Source of the DNA: Octopus bimaculoides
Lineage: Eukaryota
DNA length: 64,000 nt
Direction of reading: 5' to 3'
Assembly (NCBI RefSeq): GCF_001194135.2
Contig: NC_068981.1
Location: 99,767,484-99,831,483, forward strand
The translations under genes and the position numbers were made by a program. This document shows, one piece after another, positions 24,355 through 37,359 of this stretch (position 1 is the first letter of the stretch; every line of letters starts with the position of its first letter). The notes under the pieces are model-generated. The model searched no databases. It was not told where the DNA came from and worked only from the letters and a program-made list of their open reading frames with translations.

Positions 24355-24525
24355 GCTTCAAACACACGCCATGAAGATTATGCATACAGACTATAAGATA
24401 CATAGAACGCACACATGTACACTCAAAGACACACACACACATGCACTCACTCTCTCCACATACATACGTATGCAAAGGCACTTTCATATATACAGTAACA
24501 AATACGCACACACCTACTCAGGTAC

Positions 24526-24564
<39 letters not shown>

Positions 24565-24758
24565 GAGCCTCAAACAGACACGTATGAAGATTACACATAC
24601 GGACTATAAGATACACAGAACATCACATGCATGCATAAAGGCACACATCACACATGTGGGCACTCACTCTCTCCACATGCATACACACACATACATAGGC
24701 ACTTTCATATACTAATACACAGTAGTTACAAATAAGCACACACCTACTCAGTTACTAT

Positions 24759-24795
<37 letters not shown>

Positions 24796-24960
24796 GAGCC
24801 TCAAACAGACACTTATTAAGATTACACATAGGAAACACAGAACACACACACATGCATGCATAAAGACACACATACATGTGCACTCACTTCTGAAACACAT
24901 ACATACACACACAGGCACTCTGACATACATTTGTTATGCATACTCAGGCACTTTTATACA
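24355..24960. repeat. Three diverged tandem units of ~200-230 bp joined by (CA)n
   Basis: 'ag(ag)c(c/t)tcaaaca(c/g)ac...aagatta...cata' recurs at about 24355, 24565 and 24795. Each unit ends with 'ctactcag...t(t/a)ta(c/a)acacac'. Confidence 0.75.
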
Positions 24961-25266
24961 TAAACACCCACCCACACACAAACTATTCAGCATCATCCCT
25001 ATAAAACCAATAGTCAATAAATACACCACACAACATATTACACTATACACCGTCAATGTGCAACCCAACAACGAACTCTCTTACGAGGAGACTCAGCTTG
25101 CAAGAAATAGAAACTAAATGTATTTTAAATGACGTCTTACTGCCTTAAAAAAAAGGGAACACAGGATAATTTAGTCTTCAATATATATATATACACACAC
25201 AAATATATACATATATACACACATACATACATATATATATACACACACATACATACATATATATAT

Positions 25267-25317
<51 letters not shown>

Positions 25318-25320
25318 TAT

Positions 25321-25358
<38 letters not shown>

Positions 25359-25721
25359 NNNNNNNNNNNNNNNNNNNNNNNNNNNNNNNNNNNNNNNNNN
25401 NNNNNNNNNNNNNNNNNNNNNNNNNNNNNNNNNNNNNNNNNNNNNNNNNNNNNNNNNNNNNNNNNNNNNNNNNNNNNNNNNNNNNNNNNNNNNNNNNNNN
25501 NNNNNNNNNNNNNNNNNNNNNNNNNNNNNNNNNNNNNNNNNNNNNNNNNNNNNNNNNNNNNNNNNNNNNNNNNNNNNNNNNNNNNNNNNNNNNNNNNNNN
25601 NNNNNNNNNNNNNNNNNNNNNNNNNNNNNNNNNNNNNNNNNNNNNNNNNNNNNNNNNNNNNNNNNNNNNNNNNNNNNNNNNNNNNNNNNNNNNNNNNNNN
25701 NNNNNNNNNNNNNNNNNNNNN

Positions 25722-25755
<34 letters not shown>

Positions 25756-27007
25756 TTTATTATTAAAGCTGCAAAAACTTTACAAACATATCACAAAACA
25801 CTGCTATTTAGAATTTCATGTTCCCATTTGTTGGCCAGTTTAGATTGAGCATGTCTATATACCATGGAAGGTGGACGTTAACCAATGATGATGATATCTA
25901 TATATATATACACATACATACACACACGCACATATGTACACTTATGTATGTGTATATATACACACACACGCATACAAGCATATATATGTATGAATACATA
26001 AGAATATATGTGTGTTCATGAGTGTGTGTATACATATGTATGTATGATACCAAACAATATCCAATACCATACTTCACCACACCGAAACTCACAAATCAAC
26101 AAAAGAACTTCTTCATAGTCACTTGGCCTACTCAATATCATGTCGGAATCTCCTTTGGGAAACATCTGACTGTCTATAAAATGGTGTTGACATGTTTGCA
26201 ACTCTAAAATTTATTACAGTAGTATATCATGTAATAAAGATGGTATATGGCCATGGCTAGAATTCCAGACTAATTCTTCGTTTGATCAAACTGCCTCTGT
26301 ACTTACAGTCAGCTGCAGCAGAGCTGAACAAGTGTTAGTCAATGGCATCACACTTCACTGCATCACACCTCCCCATACCAAAACATCACCACACCACAAT
26401 AATGTGTTACTCCAAACTATATGGGTATCAGAAGGATTTGTTTATCATCCACAATCTTTTATCTCTATATGCATGACTGCTTTCATCATTTCACAATGAG
26501 CACAGGGCTTCCTCTACAGCACAACAGGTAAACCCACTCAAACCATACACACATTAAATCAGAATTCTGGCACTATTAAAGCAGACCATCATCTTATCTA
26601 TCAACAATACTATATAGCCTTTCCCTTATCTAATCTTGCCATATAAGGGAAGACATGTCTTAAGCATTAAAACATAGGCAGAGGTATGGCTGTGTGGGTA
26701 AGAAGTTTCCTTTCCAACCATATGGTCTTGGATTCAATCCCGATCTGTGGAACTTTGGACAAATGCCTTCTATCATAGCTATTAGCAGACCAAAGCTTTG
26801 TAAATGGATTTGGTAGATGGAAACTGAAAGAAGCCTATTGTATCATATGTGTTGTGTCTTTGTGTTGTGTTTGTCCCCTACCACTGCTTGACAACTGGTG
26901 CTGGTTTATTTACATCCTTGTAAACTTATTGGTTTAGCAAAAGAGTCTGATAAAATAAATACTAGACTTAAGAAAAATAAGTACTGGGTAGATTTGTTCA
27001 GCTCAAC

Positions 27008-27764
27008 CATTGGTTCTCAACCTGGGTTCATCTGATCATTGGGGGGGNNNNNNNNNNNNNNNNNNNNNNNNNNNNNNNNNNNNNNNNNNNNNNNNNNNNN
27101 NNNNNNNNNNNNNNNNNNNNNNNNNNNNNNNNNNNNNNNNNNNNNNNNNNNNNNNNNNNNNNNNNNNNNNNNNNNNNNNNNNNNNNNNNNNNNNNNNNNN
27201 NNNNNNNNNNNNNNNNNNNNNNNNNNNNNNNNNNNNNNNNNNNNNNNNNNNNNNNNNNNNNNNNNNNNNNNNNNNNNNNNNNNNNNNNNNNNNNNNNNNN
27301 NNNNNNNNNNNNNNNNNNNNNTAGTCGAGTAAATCGACCCCAGGACTTATTCTTTGTAAGCCTAGTACTTATTCTATCGGTCTCTTTGCCAAACCGCTAA
27401 GTTACAGGGACGTAAACAGACCAGCATCGGTTGTCAAGCGATGTTGGGGGGGACAAACACAGACACACAAACACACATATATATATATACATATACATAT
27501 ATACAACAGACTTCTTTCAGTTTCCGTCTACCAAATCCACTCACAAGGCTTTGGTTGGCCCGAAGCTATAGTAGAAAACACTTGCCCAAGGTGACATGCA
27601 GAGGGACTGAACCCGGAACCATGTGGTTGGTAAGCACGCTACTTACCACACAGCCACTCTTGCACCTATGATAGGATTTTTTAAACATCAAATGGTCATG
27701 AGGGTCCAACTGAGCAAAATAGGAATGAAAGGGTCCAGAGGCAAAAAATGGTTGAGAACTGCTG
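27008..27764. mobile_element. hAT (Charlie-like) MITE containing a gap and a nested SINE
   Basis: Termini 'cattggttctcaacc' and 'ggttgagaactgctg' match the hAT cagtggttctcaacc TIR pattern. The 8-bp flanks agctcaac/aactaaat match at 5 of 8 positions. Confidence 0.6.
27322..27668 (-). mobile_element. Young SINE family A copy nested in the hAT MITE
   Basis: Near-consensus with intact CpGs, e.g. 'tagtcgagtaaatcgaccccaggacttattctttgtaagcctagtacttattctatcgg'. Confidence 0.85.
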
Positions 27765-28319
27765 AACTAAATCCTTCAAAGTGGTTCCCCAGCATGGCTA
27801 CAACTTAACTGATTGAAACAAGTAAAAGATAAAATATCTCATTCCTCATATAGCAGACACAAACCAAAACAAATAAATAATTGAATGAGCAGTGTTGTGT
27901 TCTCTTTACTTGCTAGAAATAATAGTCAAATTTCCCATGAAAAAATACTTCCCATAGGTTGGAGGTGGGTGTGAGGATTGAAAGAGGAGGAAAAGCAAAA
28001 CATTCCACTAATATATTTTTTGAGGGGAGAGGACAGTAGGGAGAGCTGGTTTTTGTCAGTCTGAGAGTCAGTGTCTTAAATCACACTCTACTGTTTCAAT
28101 AATGGTATATAATAGTATACTGAATTATGTAATGTGAGATACAGGACACCTGAAAACAGAAAAAACAAAAATACATAAAACCCCTAAAACAAAGACAAAA
28201 TGGTCTTGATAGCTTTAGATTATGTTACTTTAATCAGAGCTGAACAATAGATAACTATATATGCTACCACAAGCACTGATAAAATACTGGAGTGAAAATA
28301 AGAAGTTTATACTGTTATA

Positions 28320-28851
28320 TAAAGAGCATGGGCTTAGGTTCAATCCCACTACATAGTACCTATTACAGCCTCAGGCTTTTCAAAGACTTGTGAGTGGATT
28401 TGATGGAGGGAAACTGAAAGAAGCCCATTGTATATATGTATATGTGTGTGTCTGAGTCTGTCCCCTACCAGTATTTGACAACTGGTGTTGGTGTGTTTAC
28501 AGTCCCGTAACTTAGCGGTTCAATAAAAGACACCAATAGAATAAGTATCAGACTTAAAAAAAAAGAATCACTTGGCTAAAGCTCTTCAAGATGGTACCCC
28601 AGCATGGTCACACTCAAATTACTGGAACAAGTAATAGATAAAAAGTTATATACATACATATTCTTTTATTCGTTTCAGTCATTTTGACTGCGGCCATGCT
28701 GGAGCACTATCTTTAGTCGAGCAAATCGACCCCAGGACTTATTCTTTGTAAGCCTAGTACTTATTCTATCAGTCTCTTTTGCTGAACCACTAAGTTACAG
28801 GGACGTAAACACACCAGCATCGATGTCAAGCGATTTTGGGGGACACACACT

Positions 28852-28888
<37 letters not shown>

Positions 28889-29265
28889 GATGGGCTTCTT
28901 TCAGTTTCTGTCTACCAAATCCACTCACAAGGCTTTGGTCGGCCCAAGGCTATAATAGAAGATACTTGCCCAAGGTGCCACGCAGTGGGACTGAACCTGG
29001 AACCCTGTGGTTGGTTAGCAAGCTACTTACCACACAACCACTACTGCACCTATATATATATATAATCTTTTATATATATATATATATGTATAGGAGAGCG
29101 CAAGCTTATAGGTGCAGGAGTGGCTATGTGGTTAGAAGTTTGTTTCCCAACCTCATAGTTTTGGATTTAGTATTTGTTTGGCACTTTGGGGAAGTGTTTT
29201 CCACAATAGCTCAAGATGACCAAAGCCTTGAGTGAATTTGGAAGATGAAAACTGAAAGAACCTTA
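28320..29265. mobile_element. Cluster of three family A SINEs: 28320-28645 (+), 28663-29050 (-), 29110-29265 (+)
   Basis: Tail-to-tail at about 28650. Head-to-head across (TA)n at 29045-29120 ('tgcacctata...tataggtgca'). Confidence 0.8.
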
Positions 29266-29804
29266 TACACACACAAACATATCTACATATGTATAAGCAT
29301 ACAAATGCATATATGAGTGTGTTCTAATACATACACACACACACAAAGCACAATTTCATTCAGAGAAAGTGCTTATATTTTACCATCATCTTGCTTTTTG
29401 TTTCCTCTTTAGCTTTTTCACTGGATTAGAATTTATATTTTAACAAACTTAATAAAGCTATTTTATATTTTATTTTACATTGGTTGTTGAGATATTAGCA
29501 ACAATGAAAAATTAACTACACTTATTTGCTTAAGCATTGATTTTTATTACCACTAATTTTTTCAAAATTTAAAACTATTTAAAGTATGTTTTTTGAAGAA
29601 AAAAATCCACATTAATAAAAAATGTCAATACAATGTTTTAAATGTATTTATATATTAAGAACGTTGATAAAGAACACAAATATTTTATATTAGTTTTTAA
29701 AATAATGAAAGTTATGCATATTCAATAATAAAGGGATTGCACTGTTTCATTCAGTGAAAATTTAAAATCCAATCAAAATATATTTATATACTTCAAAAGA
29801 AAAC

Positions 29805-29891
<87 letters not shown>

Positions 29892-30229
29892 GTGTTTTAT
29901 ATATTTGTAAATGCACATGTTAAAAACATAGAAAGATGTAAATCCCTTAACCCTAATCAGTTTTTGATTTGAAAATAATAAATTGAAAATTTTTTTATAG
30001 ATTCTGAATCTTAGATATTTAAAGCATAAAAATCTAGAGAGATTTTCTTGATTTTTTTTTTTTTTACAAAAAGACATGAAACAAGTTAAATGAGAATTTT
30101 AAAATACTCATGCTTAAATGAACATACCAAATTAGCTAACATCTGAATTTAAAATGTGAACTGTAATATTTTAATGTTACAAGTTAACATTTTATGCATA
30201 CATATTTAAAATAATAATGAACTAATTGT

Positions 30230-31020
30230 GTACGGTGCTCAGGTGATCTCCAACAATTGAGACAGAGTAAAAGAGGGGACAGAAAGCAACAATGATTCTG
30301 TGAATGAACAAATGTTTTTGAAAGTCATGGGCATTGCACTGTAAGCATGTCCATAAGCGTTGAAGAACTGAATTCAAAAAGGTTGCCTAAGTCCTTGTTG
30401 GAAAAATGGCAGATAATCTTGTGGGCTTCTAACAACAGAGCTATCAGATATTGAAATTTTAGTGTATCAAGTTACAGAGAAGCAAAATGTTGACAATATA
30501 GTAACTGACATAGGGTATTCATCTGGACAGCTTTCAGTAGATTGATATTCTAGACAAGAAGTGGTTTCCAGAGAGGAGATGTAAACTTTAAGTGTGGAAG
30601 TACTGTAGTTTGCTTAAAAGAGCCAGTGAGTAGCTGACAAAGGTTTTGTGGAGTGGTGCTTAGACACCTTTGGCCTTTTTGATGATTTTAGAAATATGAT
30701 TCATCCATTGCAGATCATTGAGAGTAATGCCAAAGTCACATTCATCAGCAGACTTCTTAAGATTGGTGTTGTGGAGTGAGTGAGTAAATTTTGGGTCTTT
30801 CTTCACAGAATGCATAGTGGTGCACTTGTCAGTTAGCAATTTCTTGCTGCACTGTGTCCAGGTTAGATTACAGGAATGATCTGTAGCATCTAAAATCTGT
30901 TCTTTATTTTATGGTATAGTCTAATGTTGTCTGTGTATTTTAACACAGCAACATGCTTCAAGTTGGCATCTATTTTGTTCATGTAACAAACAAAGAACAA
31001 GGGGCCAAGAACAAATTATG
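30230..31020 (-). pseudogene. CR1/L2-type LINE RT and 3' region, decayed
   Basis: FVLGPLFFVCYMNKI...KYTDNIRLY (GSVLGP.LF..YINDL...KFADD) and DFGITLNDLQWMNHISKIIKKAKG (DLG...L.W..HI..I..KA). Confidence 0.75.
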
Positions 31021-31209
31021 TAAATTTAATAGTATGGAATTTTCTGAGGTTCATCTAGTTTATCTTCAATGTTACAAACGTCTTTACATTATAAAAATTT
31101 ATTATGATAATTACTGACCTGAAATTATTATTCATTTCATTTATTATAACTTGTTAAAAATGACTTATTTAAAAAAAGGTGTGCAATGTTGCTTTTGAAA
31201 TTTTGCTAG

Positions 31210-32290
31210 GTGATATTGCATGCTGTCATGAAGTATTTTAGAGATTCTTGCATCTGAGCATAACCTGGAGGAGCTTTTGGATTTGGTTCATCTTTTCTGA
31301 GAATCTACACAAGCATATATTTTCAACACTGTCATGGTACCTTCCTTTTTAACTTTGTCATCAATAACCAAACAATTTTCAAACTCTGTATATCATTTGG
31401 GATTCTATGAAGAATTTGTAATAAACTCTAAGTCTTTGTTTATAGGAGTTTCTATGCCTGTTGCACAACGCATCAAGAAAGAAAATCCATTTTACTATTG
31501 CCTTCATGTTAGACTAACTTTGAATACTGAGTTCAGATAAAATTACTGTACAACGTTTATTTCAATAATAAGCCTTTAAAGCTTGTGTGATTGTTTGGTC
31601 ACTTGGTTGAGTTAACACCATAGAGTCTGAAGGCAAGAAAATTCCTTTGTTTTTTTAATGACAATTTATTTCTGTGCTATAGAATTTTGAACTAACAAGA
31701 CAATAGTTCACATTAATTTCAAATCCCACTAAAATAATCAGTTGTTAAATATAACTGTAATCTTCCGTACATTTGTATTAGAACAGTAATGAGCAGATAG
31801 AATTTTCACACCTTAAAAAAAACAAAAAAAAACACCCCAAAGATTTATTCATTTTCCAATCACTAGAAGCTTTCATTTCAGTCCCTTCATATTTGCACAA
31901 CAAACAGATACTTTCTCTGAGATTTAAATCCTTTGGCATTTACATTTTTAAACAAATAAGAATGCTCAGACATTGCACAAAAATAAAACCCTGCTTTGTT
32001 TGCATTGTAAATATTCCAAGAAGAAAATTCAGCAAAAATCTTTTGCTATTCTGTTTTAATTCATACTTCAACTAATAATAAATTCAGTACTTGTCTTTTA
32101 TTACCACAAATGCATTTATACATAATATTCTCTTGCCTTTTCTACTTGTTAAACCATCCATCAGTTGGTGAGAAATTTTTGACAGCCCTCCAATGTTTTC
32201 TAATAGTTCTTGTAGAGAAAAATATTTTAAGTTTCATATTTATTTTCATTTGCATGATGAGGTGGTGTATTAACAATCACCTTATAAACA
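31210..32290 (-). pseudogene. pogo/Tigger transposase remnant (CENP-B HTH + DDE_1)
   Basis: FSPTDGWFNK*KRQENIMYKCICG (F.AS.GWL.RFK.R..I), NIYNANKAGFYF (IFNADETGLF), CANMKG and FLPSDSMVLTQPSDQTITQALKAYY (FLP.NTT...QP.DQGII..LK..Y), in order. Confidence 0.8.
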
Positions 32291-32499
32291 TTTCTATTCA
32301 ACAGAAATAAGTAAATTGTAAATAAATTTGAAAATCACACTTTTGTTGTTTGGGTGCTTTTACAAATTTCATGAGAGGAACAAAACTTTTGACAAACACA
32401 CTTCCTCCTGATCTTAAAGATAGTTGTTGAAATGGAGTAATATGATGTCTACTTTCCATTTGGTAGATGAAAACACACACACACACACATGTAAATGTG

Positions 32500-32544
<45 letters not shown>

Positions 32545-33089
32545 ATATATATGTGCAAGTGTTTGTCTCCACATTGTCACCACTCGAGCAGCAATAATGT
32601 TTTTTGTCCTACATAAACAAAAAGTCTGGCAGCTCAACAGAAGTTCAATGTGAAGACATGGAATAAAGCACTTTACCTGAAAACAAAGGTTGGCATCAGG
32701 ATAATTATCTGGCTACAGAATACTGCTTCACTCCACATCAGTATGGAAAAAGTGGACATAAAAAATAGTCATGATTATGATGATAACAACAACAATGGTG
32801 ATGTGTAATATAGTGAGTTGCAAACCTTGAATTAACTAAGACTACATTCGTAAGAGAGATGATCCAATAAAATCAGCTTAACAAAACTTTTGGAAAATTA
32901 AGACAATGTTGTTAAAGTAGATCTTGTCTTTGAAGTAGACTGATGGTAACTTTCTCATTTCACTTGCTGTATTGCTAAGTTCAGTTGGCCAGTGTAACTG
33001 AATCAAATCTCTCAAAAAACGTCTTATCAAAATCTTCAAATAAGCTATGTTCATTAATTGCTCATTTTATAATACCTTACTATTTCAAC

Positions 33090-33270
33090 AATCCTTTAGC
33101 ATTCTTACTGTTTTTACTTAACCATGCATTAATTTGCAGTTTCAAAACGTCGATTATGTGACTTTTATTTTCAGAATGACATTGAAGGGTAGGTCTGAGA
33201 GGCCAGATCTGGCTAGTTCTGAACATAAAACAGGTAGAATATATAGTCGGTTTTAATGCTAAAAGGTTAA
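33090..33270. mobile_element. Deleted copy of the piggyBac-like MITE at 60529-60756
   Basis: Ends 'cctttagcatt' and 'aatgctaaaaggttaa'. Shares the internal 'ttttcagaatgac...ggtaggt(c/g)tga' block. Confidence 0.55.
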
Positions 33271-33512
33271 GGTTAGGAATGAGCATGAGGAGGTGTGTAT
33301 GTCAGGGTTCTTTTCCATCACACATAAGCCGTTGGTTAGTCTGAGGCAATAGTAGAAGACACCCATGGGATGACAGACAGTGGGATTGAACTCAAAACCA
33401 CATGATGGTAAAGTGAACTTTGTAACCACACAACAATGCAAGTGCCTCTATATCAAGCTTATTACTTTGAAGTATTTCCCCCACAACATTGCTAATACAT
33501 GTATACACACAC

Positions 33513-33547
<35 letters not shown>

Positions 33548-33552
33548 TATAT

Positions 33553-35470
33553 GAGGCATTAAACTTACTGAGAGGTTTATAGCTCTATTGATTAGAAATA
33601 GAATTAAACTAGATGAGATACAGTTTGGTTTTGTACCTGGGAAGAGTACCACAGATACCATCTTAGTGAGACAGCTGCAGGAAAAGTACTTGGCCAAAAG
33701 TAAGCCATTGTAGTCAGCCTTTATTGACCTGGAAATAGCTTTCAACAGAGATCCTCACTCTGACTTAAGGAAGTTAGTAGTAGAAGAGTAGCTTGTTAGA
33801 GCTGAACAAGTCATGTACAGTGCTGCTGTCAATACAGTGATGAATTTAGCCTACCGGTAGGAGTTCACCAGGGCTCAGTTCTCAGCCAACTCATATTCCT
33901 TATAGTCCTCCAGGCCATAACTGAAGAATTCAAAAGTGGATTCCCATGAGAACTGCTATATGCTGATGACCTAGCTCTTATTGCAGAATCTTTAGCTGAA
34001 TTGGACAAGAAATTCCAGGTATGGAAACAAAACCTGGAATCAAAGGGCCTTAAAGTTAACCTAGCAAAGACCAAAATTGTTGTTTGTAAGAAAGAAGATA
34101 AAACTCTCTTTCCTTCAGGTAAAAAGCCCTGCTCAATATGTAGGAAAGGAGTTGGAAGAAATTCCATTTGTTGCACTCAGTATAAACTATGGACACATAT
34201 GAGGTGCAATGGAATCACAGGTAGATTAACAGATAACGTTATATTTGTATGTGGCAGACGTTCAGGAACAATAAGCACTAAGGGCACACAGGACTTAGAT
34301 TCTCTCAAATGCCCAGGAGGCTCTCTTGAGGCTGTAAATAGTTTCTGTTACCTAGGTGATCAAATTAGCAATGGTGGAGGATGTTCTGAAAGTATTGTTT
34401 CTAGAATAAGAATTGGGTGTAGGAAGTTCAGAAAACTATTACCTCTGTTGGCAACAAAGGACTCTCTCTCAGAGTGAAAGGTAGACTATAGGATGCTTGT
34501 GCAGGAATGGCTATACTCCAAGGTAGTGAGACATGGGTTCTGAATGCTGAAGACGTGTAGACTGGAGAGAAATGAAGGTAGTATGCTCCATTGAATGTGC
34601 AACATCAGTATGCATGTACAACAAAGTGCAAATGTATTGAGAGAAAAGTTGGGTATAAGTGGAATCAAATGCAGCATGCAAGAGAGAAGACTACGTTGGT
34701 TTAGACATGTAAAGTGTATGAATGAGGACAGCTGCATAAAGAAGTGCCAATCACTGAAAATAGATGGTATCCATGGAAAAGGGAGACCCAGGAAGACATG
34801 GGATGAAGTGGTAAGGACTGATCTCAGGATGTTGGGGCACATGGAGGAAATAACAATGGACTGAGATGTCTGGTGATATGAAGTTCTTGAGAAGACCCAC
34901 CCATGTCAGCAAAACTGAGTTTTAGAAGCGCTGTGTGTCCCACCCACACTTAACAAGAAAATTTCTCACACACTCTACGACAACAAACCAAACTACATCT
35001 CTTGTCTTTCTCACATTTTCACTTCATGCACTAGGTTTACCTCCCACTCCCCAATCCTGTCCTCTTGGCCCTGTGCCACTGTATCATTGCTATCCGTTAG
35101 CTTCCAACCTGCATGTTCCACCCTCGCCCTGTCTCCCCGTATCATTGCATATGCCTGGCACTTTGCCACCATCTCTATCCCCTTGTCTGTATATCTGTCT
35201 GTTGCTCTCACCAGCTGAGTAACCTTGTATCTCTTCTACAGCAGGACACCTGTTTCTGCCTCTCTGACTCACTATAACCTTTCATCATCTGACACAAGAT
35301 CACCTCCTCCAATGCCCCTCCCCTCTCAAGAGTTTTTTTTGTTTTGTCTTGCAAGTACTTGGTGACCCTGTAAGTGTAGGTGCCACTTAAAAGCATCCAG
35401 TCTGCACTGTAAAATGGTTGGCATTTGCAAGGGCATCCAGCTGTGAAAACCTTACCAAAACTGACCTCGC
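33553..35470 (+). mobile_element. 5'-truncated RTE-clade LINE: RT domain, Cys-rich insert, C-terminus and long 3' UTR
   Basis: QFGFVPGKSTTD, AFIDLEIAFNR, HQGSVLS, LLYADDL, GLKVNLAKTK, FCYLGD, ERRLRWFRHV and GKGRPRKTWDEVV. Many stops and frameshifts. 3' UTR has a pyrimidine tract and 'aagggcatccagctgtg'. Confidence 0.92.
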
Positions 35471-35477
35471 CTGTGCT

Positions 35478-35660
35478 TATGCCATGTAAAAAGTACTAAG
35501 TCCATTCTGGTGATTGGTTGGTGTTAGGAAGGGCTGTAAAAATCCAGCCAAAACGGTTACAAAAGTCTGGTGCAAGCTTCTGCCAGGTCGGCTCTTGTCA
35601 AACCGTCCCACCCATGCCAGCATGGAAGGTAGACGATAAAAGATGATGATGATGATGATA
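35478..35660 (-). mobile_element. RTE-type 3' tail fragment
   Basis: Plus strand shows 'ggttggtgttaggaagggctgtaaaa...cccacccatgccagcatggaaggtagacgataaaagatgatgatgat', the same family as 40455-40610. Strand assignment is tentative; the (GAT)n tail lies on the plus strand. Confidence 0.4.
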
Positions 35661-35695
35661 TACATATAAATACACACACATACATACATAGAGAT

Positions 35696-35729
<34 letters not shown>

Positions 35730-35810
35730 TGTGTGAGAAAGAGAGAGAGAGAGTGAGAGAACATTTTCATAAACAAAAATTGAAGTGTCAACTAACTGAG
35801 TGACATATGT

Positions 35811-36059
35811 TTAGAAATTAAGAAAATTTCAAATGTGAGAGAATAGCTGTGAAAGCAGCTTTAGAAAATCGGATAATAAATAGAAAGGCAGAAAGTTGCC
35901 AGCAGCCACAATAGACAACTGAACCCTATAAAGAGGTAGATTTTGATCTTCTGTAGTAGCTGCAGGCCACTTTTTCCATCTATAGAGGGGTTTTTTTTCA
36001 GATTTTCTAAAGCTGTTTTCACAACTTTTCTCTTCTGTTTGAGATTTTCTTAATTTCTA
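35811..36059. mobile_element. Foldback/MITE-like element with ~60-100 bp imperfect inverted arms
   Basis: 'tagaaattaagaaaatttcaaatgtgagagaatagctgtgaaagcagctttagaaaatc' pairs with the reverse complement of 36001-36059. Confidence 0.7.
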
Positions 36060-36760
36060 TATAATTCAAATAGAGGTTATTAATAGCCTCATAAAGAGAT
36101 GGTATCATCCAAGGAAATCCTGCTTCAATACCTAATATTTTTGTTGGGGGGATTAATATCCTTAAAATAATAGGTTTATATATAAACCATGGTTTATAGT
36201 CATATTTCTGAGCTTAATCTCTTTAGAGAGGGAAGAATATACTCGTAGAAGTATTATGAGTTAGTTGTTTGAATCATCACTGAATAATACTATTTATGAT
36301 TATTAATGGTATATGCCTAATCATAAACAGCATTATTCAGTCTGCCATGACGATTCAAACAACTAATATATAATATTTCTAAGGGTATATGCTTTCACTC
36401 TGTGAAGAGATTAAGCTCAGAAATATGAGTTTAATAACTTTTAATTTCACTGTGCTTAATTGAAACAGCTGTAAGAGATAATGATCAATTTTTGTTGATA
36501 ATAAACTCTGTAGTAGCTGCAAGCCACTTTTTCCATCTATAGGGGTTTTTTTTTTCAGATTTTCTAAAGCTGTTTTCACAGTTATTCTCTTCTGTTTGAG
36601 ATTTTCTTAATTTCTATATAATTCAAATAGCGGTTATTAATAACCTCATAAAGAGATGGTATCATCCAAGGAAATACAGGTTCAATACCTAATATTTTTG
36701 TGGGGGAGGTTAATATCCTTGAAATAATAAGTTTATATATAAACCATGGTTTATAGTCAT
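35951..36760. repeat. ~250-bp direct duplication (35951-36203 and 36508-36760)
   Basis: Collinear from 'ctgtagtagctgca(g/a)gccac' to 'aaaccatggtttatagtcat'. Both copies carry the 18-bp palindrome tataaaccatggtttata. Confidence 0.9.
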
Positions 36761-36918
36761 GTAAATGAATAATAAGAAAATGGAGATATTGTTAAGTTAA
36801 TATAAGTTAATAAGAGTTTATTATCAGCACAAATTGAACATTATCTCTTACAGCTGTTACAATTAAGCACAGTGAAATTAAAAAAAATATTAAATCATAT
36901 TTTTGAGCTTAATCTCTT
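36405..36918. mobile_element. ~105-bp inverted repeats (36405-36508 and 36814-36918), TIR-element-like, enclosing the second duplicate
   Basis: 'aagagattaagctcagaaatatg...ttgataataaactc' versus 'gagtttattatcag...catatttttgagcttaatctctt'. Confidence 0.75.
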
Positions 36919-36950
36919 TAGAGAGGGGAAAATATACTCTTAGAAATATT

Positions 36951-37285
36951 GAGGAGGAGACCCCCTTTGGTCATGAATGACCATGAGATTGCACCTAGAA
37001 AGTTACCCTCCGAGGCACAAGTCCAGGCAAGGTTGTTTGTGGAAGGCCAGCAGTCACCCATGCATACCAGCCTCCCCTCTCCTGATGTTATCCAAGGGAA
37101 AGGCAAAAGCTGATACAGCTTGGCACCAGTGATGTCGCAACTCATTTCTACAGCTGAGCGAACTGGAGCAACATGAAATAAAGTGAACTGCTCAAGAACA
37201 CAACATGCAGCCCGGTCTGGGAATCGAACTTGCAACCTCACGATCGTAAGCTTGACGCTCTAACCACTGGGCCATGCACCTTCAC
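36951..37285 (-). mobile_element. SINE family C (tRNA-like head), full length, with 14-bp target-site duplication
   Basis: Head 'ggtgaaggtgcatggcccagtggttagagcgtc...gcaagttcgattcccagaccgggc' with A and B boxes. TSD ctcttagaaatatt at 36937-36950 and 37286-37299. Confidence 0.9.
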
Positions 37286-37301
37286 CTCTTAGAAATATTA
37301 T

Positions 37302-37323
37302 GCTTCTTACAGCCATGCCTGTG

Positions 37324-37359
<36 letters not shown>

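Larger units (their letters stand above)
26684..27830 (+). mobile_element. SINE family A interrupted by a hAT-like MITE
   Basis: Head at 26684 'gcagaggtatggctgtgtggg'. The body runs to 'gatttgttcagctcaac' (27007) and resumes after 27764 with 'aactaaatccttcaaagtggttccccagcatggc...aagtaaaagataaaa'. Confidence 0.7.
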
